Origin: Octopus bimaculoides
Lineage: Eukaryota
Assembly: GCF_001194135.2 (NCBI RefSeq)
Contig: NC_068983.1
Span: forward strand, 54,042,889-54,106,888
Direction: 5' to 3'
Length of the DNA: 64,000 bases
Positions 37,112 through 49,125 of this stretch are shown piece after piece. Made by a program: the position numbers and the translations under genes. The first letter of the stretch is position 1. Every line of letters starts with the position of its first letter. The notes under the pieces are model-generated. The model did not search any database. It saw nothing but the letters and a program-made list of their open reading frames with translations, and had not been told where the DNA came from.

Positions 37112-39120
37112 TCAAATTTCAAGAATCTTTCTTAAGGTTCTGGCAGAATATAGGTTGGTACTTTTCTGAAAGTTGACAATGCAAATTTCAATTCTAATCT
37201 CTTTCAGCCTTTTAGGTAGCATTCTGGGTGTTGTTCCAAGTGTACCAATTACAGGAATAATTGTCCTAGTCTTTTATAGTCTTCTCAGTTCTCAGGCTAG
37301 ATCTTGATATTTCTCAATTTCTTTGGCATCGACTCTGTTATAAGGAACTACAAAGTCTATAATCATACAGTTTGTTTATTTTGTCCCCTATAATCATATC
37401 TGGTCTTCTTGCTTCAGTATCATGGTCAATCTTTATAAAGAAGTCCCATAAGATTCCATAATTCTCATTTCCTCTCACTGCCTATGGTTCATATTCATAC
37501 CACTTTTCTGTTATTTTAAAGCTACACACTTAACTAACACTCTACAAATCATGCTGGAGCTCATACTGTTTTTGTGATTGATACTTTCATCTCCTTCTCT
37601 GCATATTCTGCATTTTCTGTCTGACTGAGTTTTGTCCAACATTTGCTTTTATCAGATTTGTTCTAATGACTTGTTCCTGGGTGGTTATAATTATAATTTT
37701 AGTCTCTTGTTTCAAGTTTCTGTCTGTCATCCGGAGCCAGTGTTCTTTACTTCCGACATCCATCATTTGTTGCATGAATTAATTATGTAATTCAATTTCA
37801 TTCCCTTCGCTTGTTCTTTTATTTTTCCCTGTCTTTTTGAATTCTCCGACATTTTTCGGACATCTCTAACTGCTGATAGTATTTTTTCTTACTCTGCACA
37901 ACATAATGTTTTAATCTTAATATCACAGTATCAACAGTATCTTTGGTGCTCCACCTTCCTTTCTTGTTGGGTAGTTTGTTGGCATTACTTTTAGGGTGGT
38001 GTGCATGGTACATTGTAAGCAGCTTTCTACCAATTCTTCTAAGTTATGTAGCTCAGCTTTTGTCCATTCCAGAGAGGGGGCAGAATATCTTAAAACTGAC
38101 ATAATCCATGTATTTAAGGTTTTAATGATATTCCCTCCATTTAGCTTTTGTATTCTTCCTAACTCCCTTCTTGTACTCTTCCTGACTCCCTTTTCGTACT
38201 CTTCCCAACTCCCTTTTCGTACTCTTCCCGACTCCCTTCTCTTACTCTTCCCAACCCCCACCCCGTACCCTGCCCGACTCCCTTCTTGTACCCTGCCCGA
38301 TTTCTGCCCCGTACCTCCCTGACTCCCACCCCCGTACCCTCTTTGACTCCTGCCCCGTACTCTTCCTAATTCCCTTCTTGTATTCTTTAGAGATTTTCTC
38401 TTTCATATCTCCTATGACTCTATCGTTTTCTTCACTCCAAGGAATTTGTATCTCTTATTCTACAACAGTCCAATGATGATGTCTTGAAATGTTATGTCAT
38501 GAGTTCATCTTCCAGGATTTCTTCTGAATTTTCACTGTGCAATTATTTACCCTAAACTGTATTCCAATGTCTTTCCTCAATACTCTTACTCTTTGGATAA
38601 AAGAAACCAGGTCTTACTTATTTTTAGGTATTTTTAGCTCGAGATCACTCGTATGAGGCAGGTAATTTATTTTCAACTTGATTTTGCTTAAGTCATAGTC
38701 TGGCCTAGATTGTCTCAGACTTGTCAGAGGGATTAACACAATGGCAAAGAGTAATGGAGAGAGCAAGTCATATTTCCTAACAATCCATTTGCACATGTCA
38801 GTTCTCCTTTTCACACTCTCATTACTTTCTTCCAAAACGCTATTTATCTTCTCATTGGTTCTGAGTGTCATCAGGCACTTTCAGGGCCAGCTATGCAGAA
38901 CACTATCGTAAGCCTTCCTGTAATCTAACCAGCCAGCAGCTAAATCCTTCTTTCTTACTTGCATTTCATTTAATACCCTACTCTCTATAAATAGCAGATC
39001 AGACCCGACCCCTTGAGTTCTTAATACATTATTTTTGCTCATCAGACAATAAGTTCTCCTTTTCCAGAAAATCACATACTTCATCTGCTATGAGACCTAT
39101 TAATAATATCCAGAATAATG
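37112..39120 (-). mobile_element. R4/Dong-clade (RLE) non-LTR retrotransposon, 5'-truncated and decayed
   Basis: FLEKENLLSDEQK, WLDYRKAYDSVLHSW, LLSPLLFAIVLIPL, KLNGGNIIKTLNTW..VLRYS, HHPKS, LKQETK..TQEQVIRTN, zinc knuckle KCRICREGDESINH, RLE EARRPDMI, EKYQDLA, ILEI*. Confidence 0.9.
38150..38388. repeat. 23-bp minisatellite, 10 full units plus a partial, inside the R4/Dong ORF
   Basis: Units start at 38150, 38173, 38196, 38219, 38242, 38265, 38288, 38311, 38334 and 38357; consensus near gtactcttcccgactcccttctt. Confidence 0.9.
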
Positions 39121-40080
39121 CAAAGAAGTAATAAATCTATAATTGTTGACTTCTCCCTTTTCTTTGTCCTTCTCTATAAATACTGTCCTTCCTTTTCTAT
39201 GCAATCAGTAAAAAATGGTTGTATATACCTATGTGTACTTTGCAGATTTTTGAGCCTGAATCCCTGAACAGCGCCTGGTCCAGTGGCTTTCCAGTTTGAG
39301 ACTTCTTTGGATCAGCTCTTTATTTTCTTGTTAGCATGCTGGAAAAAAATGCTTAGTGGCATTTTGTCTGAGTTTACGTTCTGAGTCCAAATTCTACTGG
39401 GGTTGACTGTCATATGATCATATGCAGTTTCAGAGTTACACAGAAATATAATCAGGAGTTTGAATTTCTTTTCTCTTTTTTTTTTTTTTCTTTTTGAGGA
39501 GTTCACTGAGGTTTGGCTCATAGCATGTTTCCCTCCTAACTTCTGAGCCTTTGGTTCATGGATTTGTTTTTCCTGCTGCTTTCTAACACAGACTGTTTTA
39601 GTGAGACTACACAACACTGTACCATCTCACTCAAATAACCTGTGTATTGGACACTGCCTCAAATGATTCTTCGTCTCTTCCTTCATTGCTTTGTTTTAGA
39701 TTGTCTACTAATTGATATCACTATTTATTTTTTACTTGTTATAGTCATTGAACAGTGGCCAAACTGGGGCACCACTTTGAAGAAGTCTGGTCAAACAAAT
39801 TGATATCAGTACTTATTTTTATAAATCTGGTACTTATTCTATCAGTCTCTTCTTCTGAATCACTAAGTTACTGGGAGGTAAACACACCAACACTGGTTCT
39901 CAAGTGAAGTGTGACACACACGGACACATCACCCCCCTCATGTGCCCACTCACTGCATTCCCTCCACCTCTCTCCTTGGCAATCTCATGAACTTCCCCAC
40001 CCACTCCATCCTCTCTAATCCCTGGTCCACTTCACTGTATACACTTTCCTGTAACTTGGGGGCACACTCCCCCATCTCAT

Positions 40081-40112
40081 CTTCCTTTGCTCTCTCTCTC
40101 TCTTTTTCTCTC

Positions 40113-40175
<63 letters not shown>
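40081..40175. repeat. (CT)n microsatellite
   Basis: Direct. Confidence 0.95.
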
Positions 40176-40178
<3 letters not shown>

Positions 40179-40725
40179 CTAATTCACTTTCAACCTGAGG
40201 CAGCCATTGTGTCTCCTCTGCTGCAAGACATATTTTTCTGTCCCCCAATAATACTCCTTCCTCTCAGTTGAGTGGGGTCTTGCCTTGCAAGTTATTTGGT
40301 GACCTCACCGCTGCTGGTGCTACGTGAAAAGCACCCAGTTCACTTTGTTAAGGGATTGGCATTAGGAAGGGCATCAGGCTGAAGCAAACAAGGCTTGATA
40401 CAGCCCCACTGTTGAATCGTCCAACCCATGCCAGCATGGGAAACTGACTTTAGATGATGATGATGATATGTATGTGTTTGTGTGTGTGTGTTTATATACA
40501 TGTGCGTGTGTATATGTGTTTGCGTGTGTGTGTATATGTGTGTTTATATAGATGTGTGTGTGTGTGTGTGTGTGTATGTATATATTATAGACTATCTGTT
40601 TGCATTGAACATTTAACACTAGAAGCATGTAGTAGTTGACATTAATCCAAGGTACTTGTCCATGAGTACCCTAGATTAATGTCAACTGATATAATGAAAT
40701 AGAATGTTTGTATAGAGTACTTACA

Positions 40726-40772
<47 letters not shown>

Positions 40773-40801
40773 TTATAATAGACTTCTTCCATTTCCTAGC
40801 T

Positions 40802-40998
40802 CAGTGGGCCTCAACCTTTTTAACATCCTGGCATGATCCCAAACCTGGAACTTTTTAAGGGACTGCAACAGATAAAATAAAACACAAGTCAATCAAAGAA
40901 AAAAAATTATATTTATTGAGGGGGTAGATCCTCAAGGGCTGCTGGAAGGATTTTTGAGGGTCGCGTGTGGCCCTGGGATCCACAGTTGAGAACTGTTG
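40802..40998. mobile_element. hAT (Charlie-like) MITE inserted in a family B SINE head
   Basis: Ends cagtgggcctcaacc / gttgagaactgttg; flanks tcctagct / ttctagct (7/8), resembling the nTCTAGAn target. Confidence 0.7.
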
Positions 40999-41437
40999 TT
41001 CTAGCTACCAAATCCACTCAGCAAGGTTTTGATTGGCCCCTCGACTATGGTAAGATATTTGCTCAAGGTACCATGCAGTTGGACTGAACCTGAAACCATG
41101 TGGTTGTAAAGTAAAACTTTTCAGGTCCCCAGCTGTGTCAGTGCCTATTTATCTTGAGTTAATAGCAAGTTAATAAATCTTGAGTTAATAGCAAGGGAGA
41201 TAATGTGTGCAGGCCCATATCTAATCAATACCTAAATAAATATTTATAATCTACCAACTGTTTATTTTATGCAATGCCTTAAGTTGGCAGCTGCCTGTTT
41301 TGATTGTTAATTGCGAATGCACAGTATAGTTTCTCTATGGTTTAATATACATATCACACACCTTCTATGAATGTAAGAAAATAGATTGTGAGAGTACTGA
41401 AAAGATTATGTAACTCTATGGGTGCGTTTGCATTTAT

Positions 41438-41482
<45 letters not shown>

Positions 41483-41756
41483 TATATATGCTTTCAATTT
41501 GTTGAAGCATAGAATAAGCTACTTGCATCAGTTATTAGCTGTCAGGGCATTGTAACCTTCAAAATTCCTTGCTTCCTGAAATTCCCCAACATTACTGATG
41601 TACTTATGCATCCTTTCTTGTTTAGGCCTCTTTTACTGTGCGCTCTGTCAGTCTTCTTGTCTTTTATTATGTGAACTGTGCATGGACTTCGATCATTGCT
41701 GTCTTTCTTTACTTATTTGCCCCTTCTGTCCCCTCTTTTTGTCTTTTTCTGAAGAG

Positions 41757-41953
41757 TCTTTTACTTGTTTCAGTCATTTGACTGTGGCCATGCTGGAGCA
41801 CCACCTTTAGTCGAGCAAATCGACCCCAGGACTTATTCTTTGTACGCCTAGTACTTATTCTATCGGTCTCTTTTGCTGAACCGCTAAGTTACGGGGACGT
41901 AAACTCACCAGCATCGGTTGTCAGGCGATGTTGGAGGGACAAACACAGGCAAA

Positions 41954-42007
<54 letters not shown>

Positions 42008-42182
42008 CATATACATATATACGACGGGCTTCTTTCAGTTTCCATCTACCAAATCCACTCACAAGGCTTTGGTCGGCCTGAGGCTATAGTAGAAGACACT
42101 TGCCCAAGGTACCACACAGTGGGGCTAAACCCAGAACCATGTGGTTACTAAGCAAGCTACTTACAACACAGCCACTCCTGCA
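41757..42182 (-). mobile_element. SINE family B1, full length
   Basis: Both halves and an internal (CA)n(TA)n. Confidence 0.9.
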
Positions 42183-42227
42183 CCTGAGCACTTTATACAA
42201 TTCTCATTATTATTATTGTTATTATTA

Positions 42228-44143
42228 GGGCAGTGAGCTGGTAGAATCATTAGCACGCTGTGTAAAATGCTTAGTGGTATTTCATCTGCTGCTATATTCT
42301 GAGTTCAAATTTCGCTGAGGTCGACTTTGCCTTTCATCCTTTCAGGATCAATAAATTAAGTACCAGTCAAGTACTGGGGTTGATGTGATCGACTTACCCC
42401 CTCACCCAAAATTTCAGGCCTTGTGCTTATAGTACAAAAGATTATTATCATCATCATCATCATTATTATTATGGGCATCAAGGTGGTGAGTTGGCAGAAT
42501 TGTTAGCATGCTGGACGAAATGCTTAGTTGTATTTCACCCATTGCTACGTTCTGAGTTCAAATTCCACCGAGGTTGACTTTGTCTTTCATCCTTTCAGGG
42601 TCAATAAATCAAGTACCAGTTGTGTTCTGGGGTTGATCTAATTGACTGGCCCTCTCCCACAAAACTTCAGGCCTTGTGTCTATAATAGAAATTATTATTA
42701 TTATTATTATTATTAAGGGCATCAAGGCAGTGAGCTAGCAGAATCGTTAGTACACCAGACAAAAGCTTAGTGGTATTTTGTCCATCTTTACATTCTGAGT
42801 TCAAATTCCACCAAGGCCAGCTTCACCTTTCATCCTTTCGGGGTTGATAAAATAAGTATCAGTCAAGTACTGGGGTCAATATAATCAACTTCCTCCCCAC
42901 CCACTTCAGATTTTTATAGGCCTTGTTCTTAGAGTAGAAAGGATTGTTATCTTAGGCATCAAGCTGGTTCAACTGTTATTGTATCAGACAAAATGCTTAG
43001 CAGTTCTTTACATTCTGATGTGAAATCCCATTCAAATTGACTTGCCTTTCATCCATTTTGGGTTGATAAAATAAGTACAAGTCAACTTCTGGGCTTGACG
43101 TAATTGACTGCTCCCTCCCCTCAAAAACTGCCAGCCCTCTACCAAAATCTGAACCCCTTCATATTATTATTATTAAAGGCAGCGAGCTGGCAGAAACGTT
43201 GGCATGCTGGGCAAAATGCTTAACGGCATTTCGTCTGTCTTTATGTTCTGAGTTCAAATTCTGCCAAGGTTAGCTTTTGCCTTTCATCCTTTTGGGGTCA
43301 ATTAAGTAAGTACCAGTTATGCACTGGGGTTTGTCATCAGCCTAAGCCCTTCCCACAAATTTCAGGCTTTGTGCCTAAAGCAGAAAGAATTATTATTATT
43401 ATTATATAAGGCAGCAAGCTGGCAGAATCATTAGCATGCTGGGCAAAATGCTAAGTGGCAATTTTGTCTGTTTTTATGTTCTGAGTTCAGATTCCATGGA
43501 GGTCAGCTTTGCTTTCCATCCTTTCAGGGTTGATAAATTAAGTACCAGTGATACATTGGAGTTGATGTATTTCACTAGGCCCCTCCTCACAAAATTTCAG
43601 ATCTTGTGCCTTTAGTAGAAAGGATTATTGTTATTATTATCATTATTATTATTAATATTATAAAGGCATCGAGCTGGCAGGATTGTTAGCATTGTGGACA
43701 AAATGCTTAATGGTATTTCGCCCATCGCTATGTTCTGAGTTCAAATTCTTCCGAGGTCAAATTTGTTTTCCATCCTTTTGGGATCGATAAATTAAGTACC
43801 AGTGAAACACTGGGGTCAATGTAATCAACTAGTTCCCTCCCCACAAATCTGAAGCCTTGTGCCTCCAGTAGAAAGGATTATTATTGTTATCATTATTGTT
43901 AAGGTGATGAGCTGGCAGAACCATTAGCATGCTAGACGAAATGCTTAGCGGTATTTCACCTGCTGCTACATTCTGAGTTCAGATTCTGCTGAGGTTGACT
44001 TGCTTTTCATCCTTTCATGTTCAATAAAAATAAGTACCAGTTGAAAACTGGGGTCAATGTGACTCTTCCCCTCCCTTGATATTGCTTCCCTTGTGGCAAA
44101 ATTTGAAACCATTATTATTATTATTATTACTATTATTATTATT
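42228..44143 (+). repeat. Head-to-tail array of eight family A2 SINEs separated by (ATT)n/(ATC)n tails
   Basis: Copy starts at about 42228, 42481, 42726, 42955, 43178, 43410, 43664 and 43903; a ninth copy at 44655-44870 follows family D. Confidence 0.9.
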
Positions 44144-44620
44144 GAGTGAGAGAGCAGTGCATGCCATCAAAGTGACACTGGGGTAAAATATACAATGCCC
44201 AGTATACCCATCATGACTACCCATCTGATAAGGGTACACCAGGCACATGCATCGCAACTATATGTACATGATACGGTGATCTCATATCAAGATAAACAGT
44301 ACATGACCTCGCAGGTGGGGGCCCAGTTAGAATTTTCTTCAGGTCGAGGAGCCCATCCTGCTCAAAAGGTCTCTGAATAAGGATTGTTTGAGGATGTTGA
44401 ATGAAACAGCCATGTTTCTAAAGGTGAATTATTCAAACCCCAAAGAATTCCTCTCAACACATGGCTATGATGCTCCCTCACTACTTCTGCTCATGATCAG
44501 AGATGCACATATCGTCAGCCACTAAGGGGACATGCTCAACTGGTTAAGGTCAAGCAACTGGCAAGCAAATCTGTGGTATTGAGCAGAATATTTGCTGTAG
44601 CCCATCTTTTATACCAAGAC
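44144..44620 (-). mobile_element. Family D element, 5'-truncated, embedded in (TAA)n
   Basis: Matches 22141-22610; (ATT)n tracts on both sides. Confidence 0.8.
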
Positions 44621-44654
<34 letters not shown>

Positions 44655-45819
44655 GGTGGTAAGCTGGCAGAATCATTAGCAGACTGGACAAAATGCTTAG
44701 TGGCATTTCATCCATCTTCATGTTCTGAGTTCAAATTCTGCCGTTGGTTGACTTTGCCTTCATCCTTTCGGGGGTCGTTAAAATAAGTACCAGTTGGACA
44801 CTTGGGTTGATGTAACCTGACTAAACCCTTCCCCTAAGATAGCAGGCCTTGTGCCAAAATTTGAAACCATTATTGTGGTTATCACTTACATCACTTTGCT
44901 ACAGACCATGCAAAGCTAATTTTCTCTGTGAGACATATTCATTCATTTGTATCTCTTTTGACATTTGTTAAATACATTGAACATCAGTTCATTTAAACAG
45001 TTGAAAGAGTCTTCAGTGTGTCATTCTTATCATTAATATCTGAAGCAATGATATTGTTCATTGTCTGTGAGATTCTTTTAGATTATTTTAGTTTAAACAA
45101 TCAATTCATTTGTTTATTTGCTTGCTTAGTAAAAGACTTGACTGAAGTTGGTAGAAGATCAGTTTTGGCAAGAAAGGGTTTATGAAATGGCATTTATTTT
45201 GCCAACTCTGGGAAGTAAAATGCAGTTAGTACCAGTAAGATTTCACACTGATGAATTAAACCAAATGATATAACATGTTATTTTTAAATTAATTAGTTAG
45301 GGAGGAAAAGCAGCTCCCTTAGCTATTGAAGGCTCTTCATGTCTAGTGAGGGAGTTGCAGTTGATATACATCATCATCATCATCATCATATAATGTCTGT
45401 TGTCCATGCTGGCATGGGTTGGATGGTTTGATTAGGTCTGGTAAGCTGGATGGCTGCACTAGACTCCAGTCTGATTTGGAATGGTTTTCTATGGCTGGAT
45501 GCCCTTCCTAATGCCAACTACTCCAAGGGTATAATGGGCGCTTTTATGTGCCACCAGCATGGGTGCCATTTGTGTGACATTTGTCTCTGCGATGACTGTG
45601 ATTTTGCTTGGCATGATGGGTCTTCTTCTTGAGCACGACATAATGCCATATGTCTCAGTCATTGCCTCTGTGAGTCCCAACACTCGAAAGGAACTCAGCC
45701 ACTTGCCTCTTTGAGGCCCAGTGCTCAAATGGAATTCAGCCACTTTGCTGCCACGAGGCCCAGACATTGTAATAATTATAGAAGATAGAAAAACAACAGT
45801 GCTCAAGTATCAGAGATTG

Positions 45820-46100
45820 TTCTTCTACTAAATGGCTTTCTTTTCCATTCTATTGATGCTGTTTGTGTGTAGCATCAGTAGTTTGAAACAAGATTTACTT
45901 GAACTTTGTAAAAGATCAGTATCTAGATTGAGCTGAAGTATTCTGTAGCCCTGAATATAAAGCCTAGTCTTTGAGATACAGTTTTGTTTGTTATATGCAT
46001 GAGGTTGCCATGAGGGATGGTCTAGGATTGTTAGATTTAGTATTAGTAGCAAGTTTGAGAACTCTAATTAGGTGTTGATCATGTGAAGAGATTGTGTCTT
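45820..46100 (-). mobile_element. Highly decayed CR1/L2-group LINE RT-thumb fragment
   Basis: With frameshifts reads WQPH..NKTVSQRLGFIFRATEYFSS..ILIFYKVQV, resembling the W.PHI..IAKTASQKLGFLFRARKYF..LYKAQVRP motif. Confidence 0.5.
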
Positions 46101-46482
46101 AAAGCTGTTGAAGGAGATTAAGTTGTCACTTCTTCATTGAATAATGTTTATGAAGACACTGTTTCTAATAACTGCACAAATCTGTCAAGAGATGTCTGGA
46201 CTGCTTGTTAATGATTATACATAGAAGGTTAAGGAGAAGTAAAGATTTGTATGAATGACATAGGGATGTTGATGTTAAAATTAACACAAAATGATCATCA
46301 TATGAGAAGCATGTGAAAGACATGATTGTATAAAGTGTGGGTTGGATTATGCCTTGTCACCACAAATTATAAAGTAGCAGTTTAACACAAAACTTCTGAG
46401 AGACAGGTTGAACTTGTAAATATCCAACTGACCCCTTACAAACTTGAAACCTTTGTTTCCTGTTGAGTATAGATTAGAAATA

Positions 46483-47317
46483 GGTTGATAAGGTAATGGA
46501 GGTAGTCAGAGTATGTGACAGAGTACTTAAAATTAGATTAGTGCTTCACCACAGGTTAGCTACCGTTATCTTGGCCTATGCCCCTCAACTGGGGCTACCA
46601 GATGGGCAGAAAGACCAATTTTATGACACCCTGTTGCAGACTACCTCGTCGACTAATGACAGAGACCTTCTCTTTGTGGATGGTGATTTCAATGGACATG
46701 TTGGACAATATGCAGGATACTTCCATGGCGTACATGGAGGCTATGGCTTTGGTTCCCACAATGAGGAGGGAATCAGACTGCTGGAGTTCTGCAATGCAAA
46801 TGATCTTATGGTTTGCAATACTAACTTCAGGAAACCCACCTGTCACCTCGTCACCTACTGTTCTGGCAGACACACTAGCCAAATTGACTACATCCTCACC
46901 AGAAATAGGGAAAGAGGACTGCTCATAAATGCCAAAACCTTCCCAAGCAAAGAATGTACCCCTCAACATAGATTAGTAGTTAGCGACTTCGGGATCAGGG
47001 CTAAATGGATGCCCAGAAGTAGACCAGCTTGGAGGAGAAGGGTCTGGAAGCTTAAAGATCCCGCAAATGGACAGATTTAGAGATGTATTACTCGAAGCCT
47101 TCGATGAAATAGAAGGGGATATAGCATCACATAATGTGGAAGACAACTGGAGGTTTCTACGGGACAACCTGCTGAGAGCCACTGACCAGATCTTTGGATG
47201 GTGCAAAGTCCCCTCTCGGCCCAAGGTAACGTGGTGGTGGAACAATGTGGTTGACAGGGCTATTAGACAAAAGAAACAGGCTTGGAAGGACTGGAAGAAC
47301 AGAGGTTGCAGGGAATT
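46483..47317 (+). mobile_element. RTE-clade LINE: AP-like endonuclease domain and linker
   Basis: ORF 46496-47080 with AYAPQ, GDFNGHVG, YGFGSHNEEGIRLLEFC, NTNFRK, SQIDYIL and QHRLVVSDF; then WRFLRDNLL..TWWWN in the next frame. Confidence 0.92.
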
Positions 47318-47762
47318 GTTTCTACCTATGCCTTCTACCTGAAGGAGTTTGTGGTTTGTCTACTTTTCTGCTTATTAGGACTTTGGTTTTAGCTAGGTTG
47401 ACTCTAAGGCCCTTCGATTCTAATCCTTGCTTTCACACCTGAAACTTCTCCTCTAGTTCTGATAGTAACTCAGCAATTAGAGCAAGGTCATCAGCATAGA
47501 GGAGCTCCCAGGGGCATCCTGTCTTGAATTCCTCTGTGATCGCCTGGAGGACTATGATAAATAGGAAGGGGCTGAGGACTGAACCTTGGTGGACCCCTAC
47601 CTCTTCTCAGAATTCTTCACTGTACTCATTGCCAACCCTCACCTTACTGACGGCGTCCCCGTACATGGCTCACACAGCTTTCACTAACCATTCATCTATC
47701 CCTAGTTTCCTTATTGACCACCACATAAGGGATCGGGGGACCCAGTCAAAGGCTTTCTCCAT
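47318..47762 (-). mobile_element. RTE-clade RT segment inverted relative to the adjacent endonuclease segment
   Basis: Minus strand reads MEKAFDWVPRSLMWWSIRKLGIDEWLVKAV...GVHQGSVLSPFLFIIVL...ELLYADDLAL...GLRVNLAKTKVL. Confidence 0.92.
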
Positions 47763-48834
47763 GACGTTAAACAATGATGGTGATGATGTTCTCTACATTG
47801 AGCTCCCTTCCTGACTTCTCTCTAGTAGGATCTTTACTTTTTCAGCTCTATCCCAGGACCCTGCCTCGAACTATTTTTAGGGAATTATGTTCCCTGTGCC
47901 AAGGCCTTCCTCTATCCGGTTTTGTTGGCTTTTAATTGTTATTAATATTTGCGTAACTTTGTTTTTTCTTGTTTTGGGTGTTGGGATTATGCAAGAAGAG
48001 GTGTCTCTTATTAGTCTGGTCACTAACCTTTGATCTGTCCAGCAAGAAGGCCCTACCAGATGCTTCCTCTCTAGTGGCATAGCTCTCAGGGTCATTGGGA
48101 CATACAAGCCACTCTACCACAGCAAGGATTAGGTCTTTTAATGAATGCACACACGAGGGCCTATTTATAATTTAAAGGTGATGCTAGATTAGTCTGTTTG
48201 AGGCCTCTCAAATGATAGAATTCCACCATATCATGCAAAAATCTAATAACTTTGTATTAAAAAATCGCTCCCCACATTACAATACTCACTTAATTCTCTC
48301 TATAAAAGCCATATCTTATCAAAAGGAATGGAAATTATTGTCAACACAACTAACCACATAATTTTCAAAACAAAACTGTCAGATGATATCTATCAAAGCG
48401 AACAAACATTAATAACACTGCTAAGTAAATGATTATCCTAAAGCAGAGCCATCTGGCAATATTTGCATCAGTGAATGAATATCACTGACTTCACTACTAA
48501 GCCACATGATTAGTTCTACAGCAGAATCTATCTGCTGCTATCACTCAATATGGGTGGTCATCATCGATAATGCTACCAACCACTTGATCAGTCAGCTGAT
48601 CCACCACAATACCATACACATGACTAACTAAATGGTGTCCAACACCTTTAAATACTCTGAACGACCATTCCATTTAATTATACCAGCTGACATTAGACCA
48701 GGAGACTCTTGGACGAGTACCTCAGACAAATGTCAACTACCACATGCTTCCAGTGTTAAATGTTCAATGCAAACAAATATAAGTAAATATTTCATCATAA
48801 GTTGTTCTTCCCTCTGTCCATCCATTTTCTCCAC

Positions 48835-49125
48835 CTGCTATTCATGGGATGGTTGTTGGGGTAGAGTCCTGAGGCACCCCTTTCATAGGTTCCTATCAGA
48901 GACAACCATCATTACACTTTCTGGTTGGATTTTCATGTACATCCAACCGTGACTATGGATGTTATCCAACCATCTCATTCTTGGTCTACATCTAGGTTTC
49001 CTGCCAGTTGGCTTGGCTTGAAAAATCTGTCTTGTAATTCTTTCCTGCTGCATTCTAATACTTGTCCATTGTACCAAAGCTGGGGCCTCTCAATGTATAG
49101 AAGCAGCTGCAATATGAAAAGGGTT
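48835..49125 (-). mobile_element. RTE-type LINE, extreme C-terminal fragment (second family)
   Basis: LLLYIERPQLW..RMQQERITRQIFQAKPTGRKPRCRPRMRWLDNI...SDRNL*KGCLRTLPQQPSHE*. Confidence 0.75.

Noticed and set aside
46496-47080. Host gene call such as craniofacial development protein 2-like
   Set aside because: The motifs are those of an RTE LINE endonuclease, frameshifted and adjacent to RT
48200-48800. Possible further decayed LINE C-terminus (RLLDEYLRQ)
   Set aside because: Too many stops and too little motif support to call
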